Below, piece by piece: positions 38,331 to 49,537 of a stretch of DNA of 64,000 bases. A model generated the notes under the pieces. The model was not told the DNA's origin and made no database searches. It saw only the letters and a program-made list of their open reading frames with translations. Position numbers and translations under genes: made by a program. Source of the stretch: Callorhinchus milii (Eukaryota); NCBI RefSeq assembly GCF_018977255.1, contig NW_024704743.1:65040001-65104000 (forward strand), in the 5' to 3' direction. Positions within the stretch are counted from its first letter, which is position 1; every line of letters starts with the position of its first letter.

Positions 38331-39094
38331 CAGGCAATAGGGGAAAATATAGTTTGAATTTTGGGTAAACTCTTGATTTCATAATTTTAATTATAGAACA
38401 AAAAGGTAATTTAAATACTGTAATAAACTCGAAACGTCAGTAACTTGTTACCAAGCCAGCTGTTTCTGTTACATATTAATAAACTTGTATTTTAAAATAT
38501 TTCAAACAAAAGCATAAAGAAAGGAACATAGAGTGACTTCTCAGCTTATTCTCTAAAGGGTAAAGAGTGTGGCTCCAATGTTAATGATGACCAGAAGTAA
38601 ACTTTTGGAACAGTGCAATCATCATTCAAGTGATGTAATCTACTCTATAACCAAACCACATTTTCCATAGTGTGGAGAATTCTGAAGTATTTCCAAAAAC
38701 CTGATTGATATGTGAATGGTTATGTGAACTTCAGTCACGACAAGAACGACTGCCATTTTTGTTGCCAAATTGTTAATGTCTCTGCACTGGTGCATCACTC
38801 TTTTTTGTTAACCAAGACATTTGATTAGTTACTAATACAACTAGATATAACTCAAACATGCAGAGAGGCTCTGAAGAATTTCTACAATGGACACGGGAGA
38901 ATAAATAGAGCAGCAGCAGCAGCAGAACAAAGTGGTTAATGACCAAGTAATATATGGTGTGTGTAGGTGTCGTGAGAGATATAAATATTGTAGCATGAAT
39001 GTTATCTATTAAATATACTTAGATAGATTTATTAAGTATATGCCCTACTTAATATCGAACTATGTAGGTTGTGGTATTTTATTTGAGCAGTATA

Positions 39095-39625
39095 TAATAA
39101 TAAAAATAATAATCCTTGTATTTGATATAGTCATCGAGACAACAACAACAACAAGATTGCATTTATAGAGCGCCTTTCACGTCGGGAGGACGTCCCAAGG
39201 CGCTGGACAGTTGGGTCAGGACCCGAGCAGGGGGGAAATGGTCAGGGTGAGGGGAGGGAAGGGAGGGAGCGAGGAGGGGGTAGAGAGTCGAAAGGGGAGG
39301 TGAAGGCACGGTTGAAGAGAAAGGTCTTGAGACCGGCCTTGAAGGAGGAAAGGGAGGAAGCGGCGAAGGCACTGGGGGATGGAGTTCCAGACATCTCAAA
39401 ATGCTTCCCTTGATTCACTGTAGATTGACTGTGTATTTTGGGGCAAAACGTGGCAGCCAGTTGCACACTCCAACGACCCACAAACAGACATGGAGTAAAT
39501 GACCAATTGAGGGATTGTTGGCCGGGAACAACTCTCCTCTTTTTGAATGGTGTCAATGGGATCTTTAACATCCACCTGAACAGGCAGATGGGACCTCAGT
39601 TTAACATCTCATCTAAAAGATAGGA
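39095..39625 (-). mobile_element. SINE family B with nested young L2 3' end (39142-39388)
   Basis: SINE tail is split by the L2 piece. agaca is duplicated at 39137-39141 and 39389-39393. Confidence 0.8.
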
Positions 39626-40429
39626 TATCATTTACAAAATGCAGGTTGTGCATCTTGAAAATGCCTGCTCTACAAAGCACAACTAAGAGAGTGAAGCAGA
39701 CATTCTATTATAATAAATGCAAAGTTATTAATATATAAAATCACAATTACTTGTCCGACAGTCTGTTCCTTCTCATCTGCCCACTTAGTAATGTTAGCTG
39801 AAAGTATTTTCCTCCTATTAAGAATGTATATGTTTGTAGTATTGGTTACACTAACAAGATATTAACTTTGTTGATTTTAAAATTAATATTTGTATGATTA
39901 TGGAGGTGAAAGATGTCAGAATTGCGGAAATTGAACACTTTCTATTTTTGGGGTTTAATGTCAGCATGAAGTACTCCTAAATTTTTAATAATGTAAAGCT
40001 CTCGCCACACTGCCCAACAATACACCATGACCCAGCTTTGCAAAAGCGCTCAAAACTGCATCCGTGCAACATTTTTCCTTTCCTACATGGTCAATTATAA
40101 GTTCAGCAGTTTTGTGCTCTACAATTTGCACCCACTAGAAACTAAATGCAAAGAGGCTATTGAAACTAATTTCACTCTTACATCTGCCAGAGAGAAAACA
40201 TTCACCTTGTCAGTCTGGATTGTATTCACATTTTAACTCCACAGACTCCATTTTCCAAGCAATTCCACAGAGGATGAAGGAGCTAATATAATGCTTTTTG
40301 GTGCTTCCAGGTAATGTGTGATATTCCTATTCATTGTTAAATTATTTCACAAATTATTAGGGCATTTTTAAAATATATTTGTTTGTCACTACTTATGCAA
40401 GGACGGAACAATCACTGTGGGAACCCTAA

Positions 40430-40715
40430 ACCAAAGTTCTCACAGGCAGGGTAACAAGCAGCAGGAAGCTTGCCAGACAGTGCTCTCAATGGCAAGCTAT
40501 AAGGTTTTAGCTGGTTAAGCTCCAACACAACCCCAAGCCTTGGTTGTCAATAACGTGTGCCTAATACTCTCAGTAAACTGCCAGCATCCCTCTAAGGAGA
40601 GAGTACACATTCCATTCCATGTGTAGATGCCATACATATGTGGGTGTAACTCTGGTTTGAATACTCTTCAGCATGGTGATAAGGTTTCCACATTGTACCT
40701 GATATCTAATTGACA
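40430..40715 (+). mobile_element. LINE-X 3' fragment
   Basis: Colinear with 1990-2285. Confidence 0.65.
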
Positions 40716-41127
40716 CCCCCCCCAAAAAAATGAGACAAATCAATCTGTCATTGCAATGTCCCATTTCAAGTCATAAAATAAACGCTGCGATTTATAAAAA
40801 AAATTCCAAGTATTATTTTGTATCAGTTTACTGGAAAACTGTCAGAGTATTTGGGAGGAAATGGAGGAATTGGGAGGAAATAGGACTATTGAGGCCATTT
40901 CCTTTCCACACCATTGGACAATGTAACACAAAGAAAACAGGAAAAAATGACTGACACACTTAGATATGTAATAAACCGTATTTATTGCCACCTATTTTTC
41001 CCCCCACAATCACAATTGGAACAGATTTCACTTTGTATCTGTTTAGCTCAAACCATAACAGATTTCAATTTAGAATATACAAACAAAGAAAACAATATTT
41101 TGCAGCTGAACAAGACGTAGGAGAGAA

Positions 41128-41500
41128 TGTGCTGCTGGAGTCTAACCAGCTAAAACTGAATAGCTTGCCATTGAGAACACTGCCTGGCAAGCTTTCCCGC
41201 TGCTCGTCCAGCTAGAACTACCCTATCCATGAGGGCTCTTAGTTGCAGAGTTAACAGGAGCTGAGTGGGAAGGGTCCCTGCCCCCAGTGACTGGTCTGCC
41301 CTTTCCAAGTGCTGCCCATGCACCATGGCTGGCTGTGCTGTTATCAGCAGTGCCCTGGAATACTGCGGACCTGCCTGGCTTAGGAACTGGACTACTGAGA
41401 CCGCCACAGAGGGCTGGCTTGATTCCCACGTTCAGTTGTCAAGCAGATCACCTTTGAGCCAGTTCAGTTTCAAGGAGACCCCACTGACTTCCCAAGAAGA
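41128..41500 (-). mobile_element. LINE-X 3'-region fragment, inverted
   Basis: Reverse complement contains cactcagctcctgttaa and gcttgccaggcagtgttctcaatggcaagcta, as at 1937 and 40465. The right boundary is uncertain. Confidence 0.6.
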
Positions 41501-44500
41501 TCTAACACAGTAGACTGAAAAGTCACCAAGAACCCAGCCTCAGATAGGAGCATGATATTATTGTTGTGTTTAGTGCTGATGTGAAATTTCTTCTAAGACA
41601 GCAATAACTTACACTAAGGGGGATTGGGCTAATCAAACACGCTTTGCCGGACTAACCAAATGCAAACAAATGCTGGTAATTTTGTCATTAACCACCTGAT
41701 TCTGAGTCCCTTTTCATTGGTTAATTGCAGAATGAGGACCACTTGTACTTACACGGTTCCTCCCTCCCCCCCACCCGTTCACTATTAGTCAGTCCAACAA
41801 ACATTTCAGATCCCCCCCACCCACAATCCTCCATGATCTCAGCTTCAATAGAATAATTTGGATCAGATAGGTCTTTTATAGTTTTTCAATTCACATAATC
41901 ATTTGTACTGATACCTGGGTTTGGTAAGAATGTTTCAGGTAACTAGTTAGCCTATAATTAATGGTCTGAATTAACTATCACAGAGAGAGAGAGCAGAAGG
42001 AAGGAAAGATACAGCTTCACCTGGCCTGCAGGGAGAGCACTAATTCAAACAACCCAAGACGCTATCTATGCTATCACACAAAGAAAGCAGTAGAAGTTTC
42101 AGAGGGACTGCACCTCTAAATCTCTCCCTGTCCAGTACAATAAGTTCATTATCTTTTTATCTTTCACTTTATTTTATCTTCCTTTAAGATTTGTTTTGTC
42201 TTGCCTTGCTTGCCTTTTATTTCATTGGTTGCTTATGCGATTTGCTAGCAAGATTGGCTGCCATGTTTATCTTTATGACAAACATTCGCTTCATTTCTGA
42301 ATACTTATATTTTCTAAATTCCTTTGACAGCTTTATTTTTACAGGAAAGGTGCTATGTAAAGCATTGAACTGGATGTTAAATTCAGTGTTGTTTGTTCCT
42401 TTTTACTGTGAATTGCTGTCAAATTTTATTTCTAATTTTGGATCTATTGGTCTCTGTATTTTGTCCCTGCTGTATTTTATGGCTCGTTTTAAATCTCTCA
42501 TATCAAAAGCATTTCCTGAGACAATTTAAGGATTTTTCTCCCAATATTGAGCATTGCATTTTATTTTCTCTTTCCTGTGTATAATCTGGTCTGGGGACAG
42601 TTATTTGGCTTGATCACTAAGTCTCTGTAGAGTGGTTTCTATATATTTTTGGTCATGCATATGTGCAAATTGTTCTCTCACCTGTTTTATAACTTTGTGA
42701 GAGAACGATTGCTTATAATTGGTTACACATTTTATAGTTCCGATGCTCTCCAACAAAAATTAATAAACCAAGACATTGAACCCAAACTGCACATTGAGCC
42801 CAAACTGCACATCGAGCCCAAACTGTAAGCGCTCCGAGACACTGTCTGGCGTGAAGGGCGCTATATAAATGCATGTTGTTGTTATTGCACAAGGGGATAC
42901 TTTCAGGTTGTAAGATGTAAATTGGTGTTGTAACATCAGAAATTGGTGCTCCTGTTATACTTCCCATCAGACCTTCAAAAGTAAAAGGGGTTTGACTGTG
43001 TATTCATGTGTGGGATGGCCTTCATTAAAATAGCTGGAGCTGGCATACTGCAAATACATTCTGGTCAAATCTCAGCCAAGAGTCTAGGTTTGTGAACACA
43101 AATCAGAAAGGACAAGAGGGGATTAAGATAGCAGAAAAATATATATTTATTTTTTTAAAAAATGGTTATTTCCTCACTTCCACCCCCACCCCCCTGCAGG
43201 AATTGAAATTAAAATCTTTTTTCTGAGATTTCGGAAATTTGCTCCCTTCCCTGACTACCAAGGATAATATAAGTAGTTTGGCCTATTTCTATTGTTGGAT
43301 GTCTACCTCAATCTCTGCAGCACATACTGTTACCTAGTTACAGGAGCTTAGTGCACTTCATCATGGGGTACTAATAGTTTTCCTTTTTTCACCCAAGCAA
43401 AAAGAAAATGTTTTCTTGGGGGTTTGTCCAATCGTTTAGGTTTTAGATAAGTAAGAATGATTTTTGTCCTGCCTTTCTTAGCACTAAACAACGAGAGAGA
43501 TGATGATTTATAAGGTATTTATGTTTCAATGCATTTGGCAAACATTACTAAAACAGAACACAGAACAGGCACAAACAAATGAAGCTCCAAAAAATGTTCA
43601 CCTCTTGCAATAATAGTGCAGTGATGTAGAACTGGCTAGGTCTGAATTTAAGCACTAACTGTAAAGTTATATTTGTGTGTAATGAGAAAATTATGCTTTC
43701 GCATCTGAACTTTCAATACTGAAAATGTCATTGAATTTCTGTCCTTCAAGTGTTTTTGAAGATTTTGCACATCTAGATGTATCATCTCAGCAAAGTGTAA
43801 TGTGGTTCTTATACCACAGCGGTGCAGCTGACAGGAGCATTAACTGCTGTTCTTACCCAAGGTCCCCTGAGAAGAGGAAAAAAAGAGTAGCCACAGTTCC
43901 CGCTCTGATCACAGAACAACAACAGTTGGTTGTGAAGATTTTAGACGCCATAAAGCTCACACCTCAGACTTTATTGAGAAAGCGATATCCTAAATTGACA
44001 GTGGGAAGCCATGTAATCTGTGGTATGTAGACTTTCTTCTAAATAATTTTAATGGAGTGCCACACAAGAGATTCCTTTACAAACAGGTGGTATTAAGATT
44101 AAGACACGGATGTGAATTATTAATTAGCTCGCAGTTCACCATGTCCAAACAGTGTGAGGCAGCGATAAATCAAGCAAACAAAAATACTGGGCTACATTGC
44201 CAAATTAGTTCAATTTAATTCAACAGATGTTCTGCTCATGCTGGATATTGGTTTTGTCATGAGGAAGTTATGGATGCATGACGCAGGCTGCAGAGATAGC
44301 GCAGAGATGATGTAATATCTTGGGAGGGTTGCAGCTGTATAAACGAGTGAGTCACAGAGATAGGGGTATGCATGTAACCTCTGGAATCCCAAATCTACAA
44401 CTATCAGGAGCAAACACACCATAAAAGCTGTAAGCAGAGCCCAACATCTCATCCTATAATAATAGGCAGAATGATCAACTTCAATGTCCCACTTTGTTCA

Positions 44501-45020
44501 GGTTCCAATAGCTCTGAAAGGTCATCTGTGCTCATTGCTCATCAGGGGAAGAAACATTGGGACCTCCTTGATGGTGAGGGAGAAACAGGTTGGGGAGATT
44601 CCATGGCAGCACTATACATGCTCCACTAGAATAAGTACTCCTCCACATCCCCTCCCGTCACAAAAAAACATGTGGAACAGGCATTTGTGGGGCAACAGAC
44701 ATCTGTGGGGAATCTGCCAAACAGCAACAGGAGGCACAAGCTGAATCTGCAGTTAGGCAGCACCAAGAGGTGTGGGTGCCCTTCCTACAGTCTCCACACA
44801 ATTTCCTCTCCCATTTCCCCACCCTCAGTGTCAGACCTCCTCACAAGCTCCCTCAACCATAAAGGGGGAAAAGCAAGTCCTCAATCATGCTGCCTTCCCC
44901 CTCCAAAACCCTCAGAGATTATAACCGCAGTATGTATAAATTGACACCTCTTCTCAACCCAAAAGAATGCCTACAACCTACTAATGATACATAAAACTTA
45001 GCCAGACCATTTTTAATGTA

Positions 45021-45624
45021 CAGTAGAACCTCACTAATCTCGTCACTCAAGGGACTGGGCAAAAGTGACCGATTTATTGAGGTGACCTGATTATTGAAAC
45101 AGATTGGGTGATTCAGGACACTGATGTAATGTTAAGGGCATTGGTAATGGGTGAGGGTGATGAACATTCAACAACCATACTTTGCAATCTCATTAAAATA
45201 AAGGCATTGTCACATTTAAAGCAAAAGCTGTCATGTATTCAGCCTATGCTGATTTATGCCATTTCTGCCAATGGCATGGATCACAGCTAACTATGACTTT
45301 TGCCTTCACTGTTCTTGATTAAGTCCACTCTCTCACGTAAGGACAACTCCTTCCGTGGTGGCATGTTTACAGCACTTGACAACAGTCACTAAATCAAAAC
45401 AATGTACACACAAACCATATGCTCTGAATACAGAGATTTGTACCGGAGGAGGGTGTGTCGCGGTCATAATCAATGACCGTTGTCCTGAATAGTGAGATGC
45501 CCAGTTTACTGAAGCAGACAGACGGGCTAACTTTTAACATAGACAATGAAAAAGACTGTGAAAAGGTGCCCGCAATTGTGAGATGGCTGGATTACTGAGG
45601 TGACCCCAAACCGGGTTTCTACTG
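45021..45624. mobile_element. Tc1/mariner (Tigger/pogo-like) non-autonomous element
   Basis: TA|CAGTAGAA...TTCTACTG|TA termini with TA duplication and no transposase ORF. Confidence 0.7.
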
Positions 45625-47520
45625 TATGTATCTGTATTTACAGTGCTGTCTATTTTTGGATCTATTTTGATGTATTGAGTATTTTATAAAGACCTAGAAA
45701 GAGTCCAAAATGTCTTATTAATGCAGTAAAACTTACATTAGTCATATCAGTTAGAAACATAAAATTTAATATGACTTATGCAAAGCATGAGTTATGGCAA
45801 ACTTGCATAAGTCATATCATATCTGGACTTATGTAAAGTTATGTATAAGTCGGATTTTATATGACTTACACATAACAAATACACAAATACTGTACTGGCT
45901 GGTAATATCAAGGTTAAGGATTTTGTACCATGTTTAACCCGTGCATATTAAAGCTATGGTAGCCTATACTGCACAGTACTGTACCTCATATGCAGAAACA
46001 TGCACTGTACAATGAATGGCACAACCAAACGGGTTTCAAAACAGAACTGTTTTAATATAATATAAACTCTTACAAAGAACTATTAACACTGTACATAAGA
46101 ACTTTTTAAAGAAAATGTTAAGTGAGACATGAACTCTCAATTCACTGTCTGATTTCCCCCATTCAAAGGCTGTGGATTCAAATCAAATTTGGAGGCAATG
46201 TCCTTCTTTTTCATTTCAGGATTTGTCTCTCAAAATTGGTTAGGTTTTTGCCATTAATTTCTGCTTTGTTGAGGTATCTGCATTACCTAATGCTATTAAG
46301 GCTGGTCACAGCAACAACAAGCGTTTATATAGTGCCCTTCATGCCAGACGGCATGTTGGAGCACTTAAGGCGAGGCAAAAAACTTGTTACCTGTCCTGTA
46401 ATGCGCGTGCAGTCCTTCGGCATTGCAGCCGTGTGGTGGTGGGTCAGGACTTGGGTTTCGGCAATTGTTTTGCATAGAGCACTGCGCTTGCTACTTCAAA
46501 GCCAGTGATGGGTCGCCTTTGCTCCCTACATGATCTGGCATTCCTTAGTCCCTCGCGCACCACGATGTACGACTTAAGCGATAATACAATTTATACAGAT
46601 AAGATTTATGCGAGTTTTACTGTATATATTTAAAAACAAACGTTTTCACACATTGAAATGCAGAGCACTCTGGATGCACTCAGCAAAATAGTGAGCTATT
46701 TGAAACAAAAGATTTTCTAAACTCTCCACAGAATGTACAAATCAATCATACATTTGAAGAGAAGCCAGAAACTTGGTCGACTGCTCAGTTTCAGGTAGAC
46801 GCAGAATAAGCCATAGAGCATACTGGAGGAAATGGGGAGGAGAGAGAAATAAAGTAGAGAAAGAGTAAAATTAAGCAAAAAGATTCAGAAAATGCTAACC
46901 AAACACAGGAGCACATTTTATACTCGGTTTCTCTTTCAAGGCGTGTCTCAAAACGTACCTCTTTGACTGCCCTTTTGGTCATCCTTCCCCTTGCTATCCC
47001 TGGCTGGTTGCCTATCCAGCAATGTGAAGTACTTTGAGAGACTCTCTCAATGTGAAAGGCACTATATAAATGTAAATTGTATTGTTTATTCAGAGCTTGC
47101 CAACCACACATGATGCACTTGGCTTGTTTCAGTACATTGCCTATTTTGTGAGTTAAGGATGACAGCTACCACTGGTCCAAATGTAGGGGGAAAAAGGGAG
47201 AAAATAAGACACAATCCTGAAGTGCCAAATGAGGAAATCACAGATTCATAAACACAGATTGCACAAACTTGCAGCTTTCTCCAGGTTCTGTGCCTCTAAC
47301 AGGATTGAGTATTTTCAGCTTCAAAGAGGAGAATCAAAGCTACATTCCATTAGGTCCCCTGTGTGCTGAATTATGTTCAGTAAGTGTCTGACAGCAACCA
47401 CAGCACTTTCCTCATGCAAACCCCATCTAATCACTATAATAACAATAATCCTTGCATTTTATACAGGGCAAAATCACATCGATGAGGCATCTCAAAGCAC
47501 TTCACAGAATATATTCTAAA

Positions 47521-47706
47521 TTGCAGGGGAAAAAAAGGAAGAATACTGCAGTTGCTGGAAAACTCAAATAAAAACAGAAGTTGCTGGAAATACTCAGCAG
47601 GCCAGACAGCATCTATGGAGAGAGGAAAGTGAGTAGACGTTTCAGGTTGATGACCTTTCGTCAGAACTCTGAGTTTTCCCAGCAATTTCTGTTTTATTTT
47701 ATGTCA
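47521..47706 (-). mobile_element. Penelope-like fold-back element carrying a minimal hammerhead motif
   Basis: 32-bp inverted repeats (29/32) at 47566-47597 and 47669-47700. TAAA is duplicated at 47517-47520 and 47707-47710. CTGACGA...GAAA core on the minus strand. Confidence 0.7.
47631..47671 (-). ncRNA. Minimal type I hammerhead ribozyme-like motif
   Basis: 5'-CAGAGTT CTGACGA A AGGT CATCA ACCT GAAA CGTC TACTC-3'. Stem I is partly mismatched and activity is unknown. Confidence 0.55.
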
Positions 47707-48002
47707 TAAAGTGGATTGACTGGTTATTTTGTGGGCGAAACACAGCAGGCAATTGCGCACGGCAGTGTTCCACACACAGTCGTGGATTGAGTGACCAAAT
47801 TATTATTATTTGTTTATTTATTTGTTTGAAGGGATTATTACTCCCGGAAAGCAATTCAGCAGCGACTCACAAACGGATTCCTACTTATAATGTTAAGTAA
47901 CAGAGGCGTGTGGTGTAAGGAAACTTGCCTAAGGTTTCGCATTGCCTGAGAATCAAACTCTCTCATCGAGATGGAATGGAAAAATAGTGACAGCTAGGAA
48001 TC

Positions 48003-48245
48003 ATAATAATAATTTCTTGCATTTGATATAGTGCCTTATCATCTCGTTGAGACATCTCAAAGTGCTTCACAGAAATTACTGCAAAGTGAATTGGCTTTAT
48101 ATTTTGTGGACGAAACGTCGCAGTAATATCCAACAAACGTGAATTGAGTGACCAATTTTTTTTATATGGGATTTTTGTCACTGGAAAGCGGTTCGCTAAT
48201 CGACTAACTACCGGGTTCCTTCTTACTGCTAGTAAACACAGATTA
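48003..48245 (-). mobile_element. SINE family A, truncated
   Basis: Tail and CORE-like segment. Confidence 0.7.
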
Positions 48246-48874
48246 GTGCTGCAAGTAATGAGCGCTTGCAGCATATGGAACATAATAATATGCTCAATAA
48301 TAATTATTGCACAATAATATGTGCCTTTGATATAGCAATTTTTGCAGTTATCTCAAAGCGCTTTATAAGATTTACCTTAAAATGTAGCAATTGCGTATTT
48401 GTACACGAGCACCACAGACAAACGTCTTCTCTTGCACAAATGCTGCAAATTTCCATTTTTTAAAAAATATATAAATTAAGTTTTTTTTCCCACCAGAATT
48501 CTTTAAATGTCATGCCAATGCGCCTGAAAAGCTCCTGAAATGGAGGTACATTCATGGTATAGTTAAGTGTGCTTTTGTAACATTTGTGATGAATCAAATT
48601 CATGTAACCAGTACTTCAGAAGAACTATCTCCACTCGGAATAGAATCAATTTGTTTCACTATGTGGGTTTTAAGATTTTCATTTTCCTCGGTACAATTTA
48701 AAACTGAACAAGTAAACCAAAGTGTGAGGCCATAAATAACAAGGCAAATAACATTCAATAACACAACAACTTGCATTTATATAGTGCTCTTCACTCAAGA
48801 TAGATTGGAATGCACACTGGTCTTTTCTCACTCAATCCATTGTCCTTTGATACTGATCACTTTTATTATTTTGT

Positions 48875-49150
48875 ACAACAACTACAACAAATTGAATTGA
48901 TGTAGCGCCTTTCACACCAGGACTACATACCAAGGCGCTGGACAGTGAAGGGTTTGCACCCGAGCTGTGGGCTGGAGTCAGGAACAGTGGAGGGTGGTGG
49001 GAAGATGACCGAAGGCATGGTCGAAGAAGAAGGTCTTGAGATGGGCCTTAAAGGAGGTGAAGGAGGGGTAAGGCGGAGGGATGGAGGTCCAGAAATTGGG
49101 GGCTGAAAGGCTAAAGGCCCACCTCCGATGGCGGAGCAGGCGGATAAGCA
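48875..49150 (-). mobile_element. L2 3' fragment
   Basis: FKAHLKTFFFDHAFGHL motif and L2 tail. Confidence 0.8.
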
Positions 49151-49231
49151 CACCTATGTCTGACTCCATAGCTACTGGGAGAGACAACTGGGTATGTACA
49201 AGCAACGGTAAACAGATGGTCAAAAAGACTT

Positions 49232-49537
49232 TAATAATAATAATCCTTCATTTGATATAGAGTTTTTCACGTCTTCTAGACGTCTCAAGGCGCTTCACAG
49301 AATATACTGTAAAGTGAATTGACCGTATATTTGTGGGTGAAACATGCAGCCAATAGCTCACAGCAGTGTCCCAAAAACAATCGTGGATTGAAAATGACCA
49401 ATTTATTATTGTTTTGGAGGGATTATTATTAGGCGTGTGGAATAAGGAAACTTGCCCAAGGTTTCGCCCTGCCTGCAATTGAACCTAAGTCTCTCGCTTG
49501 CAAGACGAGTGCTCTCACCACTGAGCTACAGGACTCC
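49232..49537 (-). mobile_element. Full-length SINE family A (short subfamily)
   Basis: ggagtcctgtagctcagtgg head through to (TTA)n tail. Confidence 0.9.

Larger units (their letters stand above)
47435..47960 (-). mobile_element. SINE family A interrupted by a Penelope-like insertion
   Basis: SINE body breaks at 47520 and resumes at 47707. Confidence 0.8.

Noticed and set aside
38415..38450. ctcgaaacgtcag resembling a hammerhead 3' half
   Set aside because: No upstream CTGANGA box or stem II.
42773..42826. Short regularly spaced repeats as a CRISPR-like array (also 7498-7533, 32188-32222)
   Set aside because: Contiguous tandem duplications without spacers, in eukaryotic DNA.
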